64,000 nucleotides of DNA from Octopus sinensis (Eukaryota), in NCBI RefSeq assembly GCF_006345805.1, contig NW_021833070.1:29460-93459 (forward strand), given 5' to 3'. A program made the translations under genes and the position numbers. Positions 37,520 through 49,857 of this stretch are shown here, piece after piece (within the stretch, counting starts at the first letter, position 1; the number at the start of each line of letters is the position of its first letter). A model generated the notes under the pieces. That model saw nothing but the letters and a program-made list of their open reading frames with translations. It was not told the DNA's origin and made no database searches.

Positions 37520-37578
<59 letters not shown>

Positions 37579-37597
37579 GTGTGTGTGTGTGTATGTG

Positions 37598-37630
<33 letters not shown>

Positions 37631-38663
37631 GTGTGTATATGTTTGTGTGTCTCTGTTTGCCCCCCCCCCAACATCGTTTGACAATCGATGGTGATGTGTT
37701 TACGTCCCCGTAACTTAGCGGTTCGGCAAAAGAGACCGATAGAATAAGTACTAGGCTTCCAAAAGTATAAGTCTGGGGCCGATTTGCTCGACTAAAGGCG
37801 GTGCTTCAGCATGGCCGCAGTCAAATGACTGAAACAGGTAAAAGAGTAAAAGAGTATATATATATATATATATTATATATATATATATATATAATATACA
37901 TCTGTTACTAAAAACACATAAGTAATAACACGTCTAACTGCAAAGAGAGTAAATCCATTATCACTAAACGGCCAACGAGCTCCTTACTTGCGAAACTACT
38001 CAATTTGCATATATTGAATGTTTGTGTGCATGTGTTGTGCGCGCGCGTGTGTATGTGTGTGTGTTTGTGTGTTTGTATGTGTGCGCGCGCGTTCGTGTGT
38101 GTGTGTGTGTGTGTGTGTGTAGTTTAAATCAACATATAGACTTACGAACTATATACATTGAAAATTACTAAAATAAAAACAAGCTAACAAAATTATTCTA
38201 CAAATAACGAAACTACACGTACTGCAAAGAAATTAACAGAAACCATGGCAATGTTTTAACCCTATGCTGCCAAATACCGAAAGATCAATATCCATCAACT
38301 AGTGGAAATCAATTCCAACTACCCAACTGAAGTGACGTTGCACAAATACCATTACTTTGGTTGAAAACTTCCCCAGCAAATATAATGTATGCGTTGTAAA
38401 CGATAAAGTTGATCATTTCCTTTAGTCTACTTTTGCTAAAACATGTGTTGCAAAATGCGGCTTCCCGACACGAACGCGGCTCCAACAATCAAACCAGCAG
38501 CTGGGAAACCGCAAGCTAACCCAGCAAGCCAATTTGCTTAGAGAAGAAGAAGTAGTCGTACCCGACTGGATGTCTTTGCGTAAGGTGGTTCTTCGTCACT
38601 CGGGTTCACTTCAACTGGTCACATCGCAGCTTTACACCGACTATTTTCGTTGCCAACTTCGTT

Positions 38664-39036
38664 CGTTGTCAACTGACACTACGCGTTCTTTACGTTGTCA
38701 ACTGACACCACGCGTTCTTTACGTTGCCAAATGACACCACGCGTTCTTTATGTTGTCAACTGACACTATGCGTCTTTACGTTGTCACCTGACACCACGCG
38801 TTCTTTACGTTGCCAAATGACACCACGCGTTCTTTATGTTGTCAACTGACACTATGCCCCTTTTTACGTTGCCAAATCACATCTCACGTTCTTTACGTTG
38901 TCAACTGACACCACGCGTTCTTTACGTTGCCAAATGACACCACGCGTTCTTTACGTTGCCAACTGACACCACGCGTTCTTTACGTTGTCAACTGACACCA
39001 CGCGTTCTTTACGTTGTCAACTGACACCACGCGTTC
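38664..39036. repeat. Minisatellite, 29-bp unit x13
   Basis: CGTTGTCAACTGACACCACGCGTTCTTTA units start at 38664, 38693, 38722, 38751... 39012; no spacers. Confidence 0.95.
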
Positions 39037-40812
39037 CCTCACAAATTCAAATCACCGACTTCACAGCAAAACGCACAAAAACGGGCGGTATGCTTCAAAT
39101 TGCTCACGTTATCAATAACGTTATTTCTCCGTCTTAACACGTATAATTATTATATCAACTCTTAGACGAAAATCTTTCACCTTTTCTAATGAAAATATAC
39201 GTATGCCTATACCAAATGTCCCACAAGGTTGCATGCCTCGGCTTTCTTACCATCATTGGAGAAGACTTCAATACACTCGACAACTAATTTTCAAATAGTA
39301 AACATATCAAGAGAGGAAATACAATAATATCACATCTGAACTCCCTTTCCATTCAAAGTAATATTCACATGCACACACACAGATACACACATATACACTC
39401 GCATAATTCACCAAACCAAATACAAATCTCTCACCAGACATTGCATTCTGTTCTCTACATACAGATTTAACAACTCTCCGGCAAGTATTTGCCAATGTTT
39501 TCGCCACAGAACACATCAATGAAAGAAACACCGACATTTTTACAAAAATTGTACAAATGTATAATGGAATCCGTTCCCTCAAGAAACAGAACTTAGATTT
39601 CAGAATTCACGAACACTGAATTACACATCGAACAAAAGAATTATAAACACATCTAATAGTTTCTCTTACAAGGCAGAATATATAATACAATTTCGATTAC
39701 ACGCAAGAAATAGCCAATCTCATGAAAACCAGACACAACTTCAAAATCAATAAACTAAATCTGTTGCAGTCGAAAATTCAGCAACAATCAAACTAAAGCA
39801 AAAGAACTGTATCCGACATAAATCACAAATCTTATAGTAAAACACTGTATAATTAATTAGCAGTATCAGTAATAGCGGCAATGACAAAACTACGACAGCA
39901 ACAACACATGGTAGGTCATGATAACATTCTAGACAATGTCATCCAACATACAGCTTAAAAAGATATGACGACATGCCTGGAATGCATTTCATTGTAGATT
40001 TGCTGAGACTGGGCCGACCAGAGGATAAATAGCGAAAGCAATAAACAACCCTTCATTCATTAGAAATAGCAGCCAAATCTCTTCAAAATCACAGTCTACC
40101 ATCTTCAAAACAAACAAAAAAAAATGAAGTATACATTGGATAGTGTGTTCGTAAAGACAGAGTGATGATTCAAACTGGAGGGCTTTCATCAAATGGATGA
40201 CGTGGAGCTAAAGAACAACAACAACAACATCAACAATGCATTCATTTGCATCACTATCACATTCGAAACCATCATTACACATACACTGTCACTACCACCG
40301 CTGCTACCACCACCACCACCACCACCACCAGTCCATATACTGTTACCACATCATCGTATCTACCCCTTTAATTTTCCCACAAGTCATGTAAGATGTAGGT
40401 TATCTTCAACACCACACACCTCACTCTCGCCCATCTCACCCGATGTTGGCTGGGAAAAGGTTAAACTCAAGAGTACACAATGAATGGTGTTTTAATAAAC
40501 AACAGCGATGTTACTAGAGTCTTCAGTGTCAGCTGTAGAAGTGTGTGCGAGAGAGATGGGAAGAGAAAGAGCAAGGGGAGAGAAGGAGATAGAGATATAG
40601 AAATACACATATATACAATACAAAATCAGAGAGACAGAGAGACAGAGAGAGAGAGAGACAGAGAGACAGAGAAAGTGGGTGTTTGTGCACGTGCGAAGTG
40701 GGGAGACAGACAGACAGCGAGTAGAAAGACATACAAAGAGAATGAGGAACATGCGAGGATAAATGTAAGGAAACAGAAATAGAGACAGAGAGAGGGAACT
40801 AGATAGTTTGAT

Positions 40813-40916
<104 letters not shown>

Positions 40917-41165
40917 GAGGTGGCAGAGGTTGTAGAGAGGTGGTAGAGAGAGAGAGACTAACTTAACGCAGCCATTGTGTTTCATATATGAACCAATATT
41001 TTCATATGTCGTTTCTTCTTCCATACAGAATATCATGACATCAATGTTGGTTGTCTATTATGAAGGAGACACTTAACGACAACTTGCGTAACACCACCTT
41101 TCTCACGCACACGCATTGAGGCACACACAGAGATATAAATATGTGTTTACATGTTTATATATATA

Positions 41166-41561
41166 CTAGCAGTATCGCCCGGCGTTGCTCGGGTTTGTAA
41201 GGGAAATAACTATATAAGCATTTTTAGAGATGTAAAGTATAATAGCCATCTCAATATGGCTAACCACAAAGAGGGGGGGTGTTACTGTAGTGTTTACGTT
41301 CTAAGATTTAATAATAAATTTTTAGAGAGTTACTTCCCTTATATATGCCAAAAATGCATTAAAATGGGAAAAATTGATGGTAAATTTTTTTTAAATCGTA
41401 GACTCATCGTAGACGCGCGCTAATACCCAGAAGGGCTCGATATGAATCACGACTATAAGATACCCGGTTTTGGTTAAACTGCACCGCAAAATGTGGGAGT
41501 AGTTAGAAATCTAAATCGTAGGAGACAGACACTCGCACAACTTCACTTTTATATATAAAGA
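41166..41561 (-). mobile_element. Helitron-like H1 copy
   Basis: Same termini and body as 30680-31072. Confidence 0.8.
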
Positions 41562-41892
41562 TGTGTATGTGTGTATGTAATATGATCATATGTTTGTTCC
41601 TTCTCGAGCTATGCCTGGCTCATAAGCGCCGGTTTCCCGGTTCCTTGCTGAATAGGTTCCTCCGCCTTGATGGGACACCGGTCCCATGTTTTATCTTATA
41701 TTGGCATCTTCTCCTGGAATATCATGTATCGTTTGATAGAAAGTGAGGTTGTTTTGTCCCTATATTTGAATATGTTGCGTATGAAGAATTACGAAAGTGT
41801 TTCCTCTTGACCTGATAAATGCTATTTCCGTACAATCTGTTGATCTTACACCAATTCTGTAGCTTTCGGCAGTCAGTGAGCTGCAAGATGCA

Positions 41893-42077
41893 GGAGGAAA
41901 GAGTGAGAGAAAGTTGTGGCGAAAGAGTCAGCAGAAGTTCGCTTTTACTTTCTGCAGGAGCCGCGTGGAGCTTAGGTATTTCGTTCATAAGCACACACAC
42001 TGTCCGGTCTGAGATTCGAACCCGCAATCCCTCGATCGCGAGTTCGCTGCTCTAACCACTAGGCCATGTGCCTCCAC
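41893..42077 (-). mobile_element. Diverged SINE family C head
   Basis: Reverse complement of the tRNA-like head (B box GGGTTCGAATC) and the start of the body. Confidence 0.7.
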
Positions 42078-42208
42078 ATGATAATATATATATATGTATG
42101 TATGTATTTATTTGGGTTTGTATATGTGTGTATGTATGCATGTGTACATATGTGCTTATTCTTCACGAAGAATAGAAAATGTACTCGATACATGTTTTTA
42201 GGGTTCTA

Positions 42209-42779
42209 GGTAAATTCCACGAGATAAATTTTACAATTGGTAAATTCCACCGCGGTATATTCCACCATGATAAATTCCACCTATGGACAGACTTCCAATA
42301 TAAGCTGCTCCCGCTGATAACCACCGTGGTCAGTTTCTCTAGACCGTGGGTCAATACCTATGTTGTTTAATCTGTCTGTCTCTCAAGTCTTAAGGAGAGA
42401 GAGAGAGAGACAGACAGAGAGAGGGAGAGTCTGAAGGTGAGATAGAAAATAAGCTTTATAATCTACTTGAATTGAGATGGGATTACTTTAGTCTACTTCC
42501 TTCGAGCAAAAATCTATGAATAAGTCTCATCACAAAATTTTTAAAATAACGTAATTTGGGATAAAGAAAGAAAAGATTAAATTTTAGCACACACACACCG
42601 TATTTCCCGTGTATTTCTTTGTGCGATTGTTCCTTAATTGTTTTTTTCTCCCTCGTATTTTTTGTGTTCATTGACATTATTGATATTATTTTTTATGCAT
42701 TCTTTTTTCATTTCCATAATATCGTAACCCATATAATAATAATAATAATACAATAATAATATAATAATAATAATAATAA

Positions 42780-42810
<31 letters not shown>

Positions 42811-42964
42811 GTAATTTCACCAATGGTGAAATTTACCATGGTGGAATATACCGTGGTAAAATTTACCTGGTGGAATTTTCCGTGGTGGAATTTACCGCGG
42901 TGGAATTTACCGCGGTGGAATTTACCGCGGTGGAATTTACCGCGGTGGAATTTACCGGTCACCG
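42209..42964. mobile_element. Non-autonomous TIR-type element with 15-bp subterminal repeats
   Basis: GGTAAATTCCACC-type units at 42209-42285 face inverted GGTGGAATTTACCGC units at 42811-42964. Confidence 0.55.
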
Positions 42965-43399
42965 TTTTTTATGTATAATTATCTACTGCGCCTTTCATCA
43001 AGCGACAAAGATTGTTCAGAAGTGAAAGCTTTGTAGATCTTGAAAATACCCCCAAATGACGCAACAGCGTCTTTATTATCCTACGACATGGATTTAATTG
43101 GAATGAATTTAATGGATTTAATCCGTACATGGATTTAACAGGAAAATTTCTCCCTAGGAGAGATAATTCCTTACAAGTATAATGATGGTGATCTTTTTGC
43201 GAAGCGAAATCAATCTAAGACACTTTTTCTTTTTGAATTTTAACGGAGAGGTGATATTCTTTTCTTCTGTTGAAATTTGGATCCCAATTTGTAATTCCAC
43301 TTTGTAAGACATCAAAATTTCAAAGCTGCAAGACTGAATTTCTTTCTGTGCAAAGATGGGGAAAATGTCTCATCTCTCTTATCTGAAGATTTGGCAACT

Positions 43400-43680
43400 G
43401 TAGAGAGGGCACTTTTTAACTTCGTGGTCGTAGATAATTTGCGCATATTGTCGCATACGTTACAAAACCTTGCTTTCTTAACGATGTTTTATTCTTATAT
43501 TGACATCTTTTCCTGGGATATTATGTATCTTTTGATAGAAAGTGGGGTTGCTTTGTCCTTATATTTGAATATGTTGAATATGTATGACGAATTATGAAAG
43601 TATTTCCTCTTGACCTGATAAATCCTATTTTCGTACAGTCTGTTGATCTTACACTAATTCTGTAGCTTTCGGCTGTCGAT
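43400..43680 (-). pseudogene. Possible degraded PLE GIY-YIG remnant; a related copy lies at 41692-41875
   Basis: 41692-41875 and 43494-43677 are clearly homologous direct repeats. Minus frames give KRKYFHNSSY.FNIFKYKDKATPLS...NIVKKARF, loosely like the PLE EN core, with stops. Confidence 0.35.
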
Positions 43681-44145
43681 TTCAACTGGAGAGGCTTATC
43701 ATAATTCTAAAGATATATTCGGATTGAAATAGCTGTATTTGCTGCTAGAATTTTTTGTTCCGATTAAGATTTTGGAATAAAGTAATACAAACAGATATGT
43801 ATAGCTTTTACCGAATTGCTGTTAAATGCTTTGCAGTATCTCATGGAAGTAAGGTATCGTCTGTCGGTATCCTGATTTTACTCACGATGTTTGTGGTTGC
43901 ACATATGGTTATTGAAAATTACCAATATCAAAGAAGCCAGGAATATTCACCGTAGTAAGAAGCTCCCAACTCCTAAATATATATTTGGAAAATACAGGAC
44001 TTCAACAATAATCAAAGAAATAGAGATGTTGTGCCAACTTAGATATTTTCTAAATTTCCAAATCCTTCAGGCAGGAAAACGTTCATGATCTGACCAAGTG
44101 TCTGAAATGGGAAAAAGCGAACAGCACCGCAGATGTAACACCACG

Positions 44146-44219
<74 letters not shown>

Positions 44220-44389
44220 ATCAATAATAAATATTAGGGAATAATCCAACTTACAGGGAAAAATCAGATTTAGGATTGAATCCAATTTTATAGTAAAATA
44301 TTATATTATATTAAATTAGAGATAAAACCACTATTAGGCAAATCATACAATGAAAAACTCAAGCCAATACATAAGATTATTTAATTATA

Positions 44390-44920
44390 TTATTTAAATA
44401 AAATCCGTTCTGTCTGTGTGTGTGTGTGTGTGTCTTCTCGGATCTCGGGCATCCTCCATCCTATTGCACTCAAATTTAATATATAGATACCGACGGTATC
44501 GGGGCGTGTATAAGTCTTGAAAAAGTTACAAAAATCGATTCCAGGTAAGAATGCGAACGATAAAGCCGTTTTTGTCCTGCCTTTTTTCCATTTTTGTTGT
44601 TTTTGTACTGCTTAAAGGCACATTTCTTGCCTGCCAAGCTTACTGTTTAAACCATGTTTGTGTTCTCCCAGTCAACAGCCTTATCATCACTGGTATTTTA
44701 AACTCTTCGGTTGCATATTTGTGTGAATAAAATCGTTTTTCTTTGGAATAGAAAAAAATTCTATCTTTATTTCTTCTTTTGCTGGTGTCTCAAATTTAGG
44801 TTAAATCAGTGTTTCTCAAATGGGAGGCCTATGGGACGGTTGGACAAGTTGTTTTGAGAAAATTTGGTTTAAATGTTTGACAACTCAGCACCGTCCACTG
44901 AACGGGGGGCGTTGTGCTCG
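44390..44920 (+). mobile_element. Helitron-like H3 copy
   Basis: Homologous to 16487-16857 with an extra internal segment; same hairpin and CTCG-T end. Confidence 0.5.
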
Positions 44921-45720
44921 TATATATATACAGACATATATATATCCTGCATTGATACCTCGTGTGTGGGACACTGTACAACTGGCTATGGTGCATCCCA
45001 CGGTGCAGGCGATATCATAAATGGTATCTCGTTAAATAAACCCTGTTTCGCTCGGTTTTAATGCAGCATATTGTTAGTGACTGTAGGTTTAAGCCGTTAC
45101 CCAACATATATACATATAGGGTAGGAGTGGCTGTGTGGTAAGTAGCTTGCTTACCTCATTGCGCATGAGCAAGACAGAATTGTGTTTGACACAGAAGTGG
45201 TAACGCGTGCTTTTGAAGCCGTCTTAAATTGAAGACCTTTGAAACTCAGCTGTAAGGTAAGACCCCCTTTTGCCTAGTGAGAGCCTGTCGTATGTTGCAA
45301 ATTATTTTTACAAACAAGAAGTCCTCACTAGACTCTAGTCTGCCTGAGGCTCAGGGAAAATATTATTCATTTAATTGTTAAAATTATTGGTTTGGTGGGC
45401 GTATCCTGCCAAAAACTTTTGGTTTGAAAATAGTGTTTCAACAATATTGTTCCTTTCAAGGAGTACCTAGAAGATTGGAATAATTTTTTAACTGTTTTAC
45501 AATTATGTTAAAATTTTGGCCTGGAGTACCCAAGTGGCCTTTGCTGTGGTTTGAAGTGTTGCTCTCTCTTCTATTTTTTTATTTTTACAAAAACTCTTTA
45601 TTGAACTGTTAATTTTTTTCTCTCCTTCCTTTTGTTTGAACTTTTTTGCTCATCTCTCTGCTTTTTTAATTATTTTATATTTTAACAACTGTATTTTTGG
45701 ACTCTTTTTAAAAAACAAAT

Positions 45721-46985
45721 ATGGCAAATAACAATGAAAAGTTGGTGGAGTGGGAAATTGCACCACCCGAAAAATGGTTAAAAGAACTTGCAAGTAAGAC
45801 GGTGGTTTTGAGGACCTACTCTAGGACCCTCGACGCCATTGCCGTTTTCAGAAAGGATATAATCGAAAGAGAGATGGCAGAATTTAAGCCAGCGATTAAG
45901 TTTATCACTCGGGGGTGGGGGGTCAAATACGCAACCGTGTGGTTGCTGTTTGACTCCCCAGAAGTGGTCCATGAATTTGCAAGTCAGCTCTTGGAGGGCA
46001 GTGAAATTTTGTTTCTTCCCACTTATTGTGAGAAGAGTTTGACGAGGGCTTGGGTTTGCGGCTTGCCACTCGGAGTTGAGCCCCACTGGATTGAAGATAC
46101 TATCCACCGGGGTCTGGATGGCTGTAACACCAAACTCCTCAGCGTAAATATTCTGCCTGCGGCTGACTGGGAGGGGTCAAAAGCTGTTTTGACCCTATGG
46201 ACCCAGTCAGCCGAAATTCTGGTATTTCCAGACTTTTTGAGAATGGCCGGGTCTAGGTATCCGGTGATTCTTGAGGACCCACCCCCCCAAGTGTCATCGG
46301 TGCTTGAAGCCTGGCCATATAAAAAGAACTGTTCTCAAGGGCAAAGGAAAGTCCCGGGGCGGTTGACGGAGACCTCTGTAGAGGAGGGAATGAAGGGGGG
46401 CGAAGAGACGGAGGACTCCTCAAAGAAGAGCCGCAAAAGGAAGAAGGGGAGCAATAATGGGTGCTCATCGAAGGATCCTGGGGATGAGGGAGGAAAGGCG
46501 AATCTCCAAGTCACGGAGGAGACGCACCCTCCTCCAGTCGAGAAGAAAAAAAAGAGGAAGAGGAGGAGAAATGGGACATTGACGGCAGTCGGAGACATGA
46601 CGCCGGAGTGTCACGGTACCTCGGCGGTTGTGCCACCGGAGGATGGGGAGGAGGAGAGACAACACTGGCGGGAATTGTGCCGCCAACGGTAAAATTGACC
46701 CCCTCGGACCTGATGGACGATAAACTGTTGGTTTTCTTTTATAGAGGCGGAGAGGTGGAAAAGTTAGTGAAAGAACACTACGAGGAAATACCTTTGGACC
46801 CCGAATGGCCTCCGCAGATAGCTGTGGAGGTTATTTCGTTGCGCCTGTTTATAATGCTGGAGGGACTAAAAGAGGAATATCGCTCGTGGCCGGGTGACAC
46901 CAACTCGGAGCCCGCCTTGGTATTAAACGAAGCATGGGCTATAGTGGAGTATACGGACACAAGAGATTATGAGGTGGAAAATTGA
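45721..46985 (+). pseudogene. Gag-like ORF1 with a frameshift-masked CCHC zinc knuckle
   Basis: The +1 frame at 46292 reads CHRCLKPGHIK and returns to KNC at 46330 (CX2CX4HX4C), between a C run and an A run; basic/acidic low-complexity middle; probable C-terminus in the 46608-46985 frame. Confidence 0.7.
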
Positions 46986-47071
46986 CAAGAGGTTGAAAAG
47001 CCTCAATGTTATAATATGTAAGAGGCTCAGCGCCTCATTTGTAAATGGACTAGTGTTGATTGTATATTGAA

Positions 47072-47446
47072 CTAGCAGTATCACCCGGCGTTGCTCGGGT
47101 TTGTAAGGGAAATAACTATAAAGCATTTTTAGAGAGTTATAGCCAAAAAATAGCAAAAAAATGCATTAAAAATGGAAAAAATATGATGGTAATTTTTTTA
47201 AAATCGTTGACTCATCGTAGACATTTTTAGAGAGTTACTTCCCTTATATTTAAAAAAAATATGCATTAAAATGGAAAAAAATGATGGTAAATTATTTGTA
47301 AAATCGTAGACTCATCGTAGACGCGCGCTAATAGCCAGAAGGGCTCGATAAGAAACCCGGTTTTGGTTAAACTGCATCGCAATATGTGGGAGTAGTTAGG
47401 AATCTAAATCGGAGTAGACAGACACACAACCTTACTTTTATATATA
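47072..47446 (-). mobile_element. Rearranged Helitron-like H1 copy inserted in the 3' UTR repeat
   Basis: CTAG and hairpin end at 47072; interrupts copy 1 of the UTR repeat relative to copy 2 (47534-47712). Confidence 0.75.
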
Positions 47447-48003
47447 TTGAATATTTCATTGTATATAATTGCATATTATTGACTATTAAGTCCAATAATT
47501 GTAAGAACTGTAGTAAGATGTTCAATACCTCGTTGAGGTGAAAACTTGACAAGAGGTTGAAAAGCCTCGCTGTTATAAAGTGTAAGAGGCCCAGCGCCTC
47601 ATTTGTAAATGGACTAGTGTTGATTGTATATTGAATATTTTTTGCATGTTGATATTTGTAATGAACTATTAAGTCCCAAAACTGTAAAAACTGTTGTGAG
47701 AGGTTCAATACTTTGCTTTGTTTATTCTGTTGGAAAAAAAGAAGAATGTTTTAGAGAAGCAGAAAATTGGCGGGCGTTTTTTGACTTCTCTCATCAATAT
47801 CATCCTTATTTCATCATTCACCTCATCAATGTATATGTCCAACCCGCAACTACTCTTTGTAATGCCTTTATGGCAAATTTTTATGAAATAAAGTAGCTTG
47901 CTTCCGAACACTTTCTGTATGTGTCTATGTATGTATGTATGTATGCATGTATGTATGTATGTATGTATGTATGTATGTATGTATGTATGTATGTATGTAT
48001 GTA

Positions 48004-48045
<42 letters not shown>

Positions 48046-48078
48046 AAACCAATAATATACATACATATATACCATATA

Positions 48079-48845
48079 CTCTTTTACTCTTTTACTTGTT
48101 TCAGTCATTTCACTGCGGCCATGCTGGAGCACCGGATTTAGTTAAGCAAATTGATCAGAGGACTTATTCTTTGTAAGTCTAGTACTTATTCTATCGGCTC
48201 CTTTTGCCGAACCGCCAGTGACGAAGACGTAAACACACCAGCATCGGTTGTCAAGCGATGATGGGTGGACGAACACAGACACACAAACATATACACACAC
48301 ATACATATAAATATATATATATATATATATTATATAAAAGGGCTTAGTAAAATAATTAATTTGCCGCATACTGAACTCGTTAGAAATAGCAGCTAAAAAA
48401 ACTATTTCTAACACTTAAAGAAAACCCTCTCATAGTGCTTGCTCAATTCAACCTTTAAGTGTTAGAAATAGTTTTTTAGCTGCTATTTCTAACGAGTTCA
48501 GTATGCGGCAAAGTAATTTATTTTACTAAGACCTTTTATATAATAATAATTTGAATTTGCCTTAAATGGTCCCTTTGCATACTGAATACTTGGTGAAATT
48601 GATTAATTAATTAATAATTACCCTCAATTGTTGTATATATATATATATATATATATTATTATATATATATATATATATAATTATATATATATATTATATA
48701 TACATATATACGACGGGCTTCTTTCAGTTTCTGTCGACCAAATCCACTCAAAAGCTTTGGTCGGCCCGAGGCTATAGTAGAAGACAATTGCCCAAGGTGC
48801 CACGCAGTGGTACTGAACCAGAACCATGTGGTTCATAAGCAAGCA
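48079..48845 (-). mobile_element. SINE family A split by an inverted-repeat insertion
   Basis: Tail half 48079-48300 and head half 48709-48845; the insertion sits in the internal (TA)n. Confidence 0.8.
48331..48633. mobile_element. 300-bp TA-flanked insertion with a 90-bp inverted repeat
   Basis: 48331-48420 is the reverse complement of 48453-48542; 32-bp spacer; the right arm extends about 90 bp further. Confidence 0.75.
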
Positions 48846-48876
48846 GCATACATAGATGCTTGAATTTATATTATAC

Positions 48877-48923
<47 letters not shown>

Positions 48924-49324
48924 TATGGAAAGAGAGAGAGAGAGGAGAGAGAGATGTATATTGTGTGGGGGTGGGGTGCGTATGTGTGAGTCGCGAATTT
49001 ATGCGCGCGCGCGCGCGGTGTGTGTGTGTGTGTGTGTGTGGTGTGTGTGCGTGCGTATGTGTGAGTCGCGAATTTATGCCTATGTATATATTACTTTTTG
49101 TTGTTTATATTTCTTCTTTATATTCTGTCAGTACATGTACACTAAAACATTTTTTTTGTGCCAGTTTAAAATATTTTGTATTTGTTTCACTCTTTATGAC
49201 AAATACCTATACTACGATTATTATTGTTATTATTATTGACATTATTACTATTATTATTATTATTATTGTTATTATTATTATTATTATTATTGTTATTATT
49301 TTATTATTATTATTGTTGTTATTA

Positions 49325-49390
<66 letters not shown>

Positions 49391-49479
49391 TATTATTATT
49401 CGCCGTTGAGAAAGTGAAAATGGTTTCTCAGCAAATTTATCCAACTCGCGTAGGCGTGCCTCAACGTATGTGTGTATGT

Positions 49480-49822
49480 AGGCATGCAGGTATGTATGTA
49501 TGTATGAATGCATGCATGTATGTATGTATGAATGTATGCATGCATTTATGAATGCGTCTATGTATGTATGTATGCATGTATGTATGTATGTATGTATGTA
49601 TGTATGTATGTATGTATGTATGTATGTATGTATGTATGTATCAATGTATGTATGTATTTATGAATACGTCTGTATATGTATATATGTTTGCATGTATGAA
49701 TGCATGTATGTAAGTATGTATGTAGTTATGAATGCGTCTATATATGCATGTATATATGTATTTATGAATACGTGTAAGTATGTATGTATGCATGTATATA
49801 TGTATATATGTATGAATGTATG

Positions 49823-49857
<35 letters not shown>

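Larger units (their letters stand above)
35750..37523. mobile_element. Retrozyme-like array: one inverted partial unit and about three direct ~475-bp units, each with an HHR
   Basis: Inverted copy 35750-36124; direct units start at 36125, 36598 and 37074; no ORF; (TA)n on both sides. Confidence 0.8.
35571..37854 (+). mobile_element. SINE family A split by the retrozyme-like array
   Basis: 5' half 35571-35733 ends at GAAGCCCGTCG(TA)n; the 3' half resumes after 37523 with (TA)n(TG)n CCCCCCAACATCG... to the tail at 37854. Confidence 0.9.
45153..47890 (+). mobile_element. ORF1-only L1/Tx1-like (HAL1-like) non-autonomous retrotransposon
   Basis: About 570-bp 5' UTR, ORF1, no EN/RT, tandemly duplicated 3' UTR, AATAAA at the end, candidate TSD AAGTAGCTTGCTT at 45140-45152 and 47891-47903. 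Confidence 0.6.

Noticed and set aside
38664-39036. CRISPR array (also considered for 18580-19115)
   Set aside because: Contiguous units with no unique spacers, no cas genes, and a eukaryotic context.
39400-39760. Stop-free plus-strand stretch of about 115 codons
   Set aside because: No motif or splice sites recognised; C/A-skewed composition can explain the lack of stops.
48577-48620. CTGAATA...GAAA followed by an AT palindrome
   Set aside because: G8 is missing and no stem I partner exists; AT-rich chance is likely.
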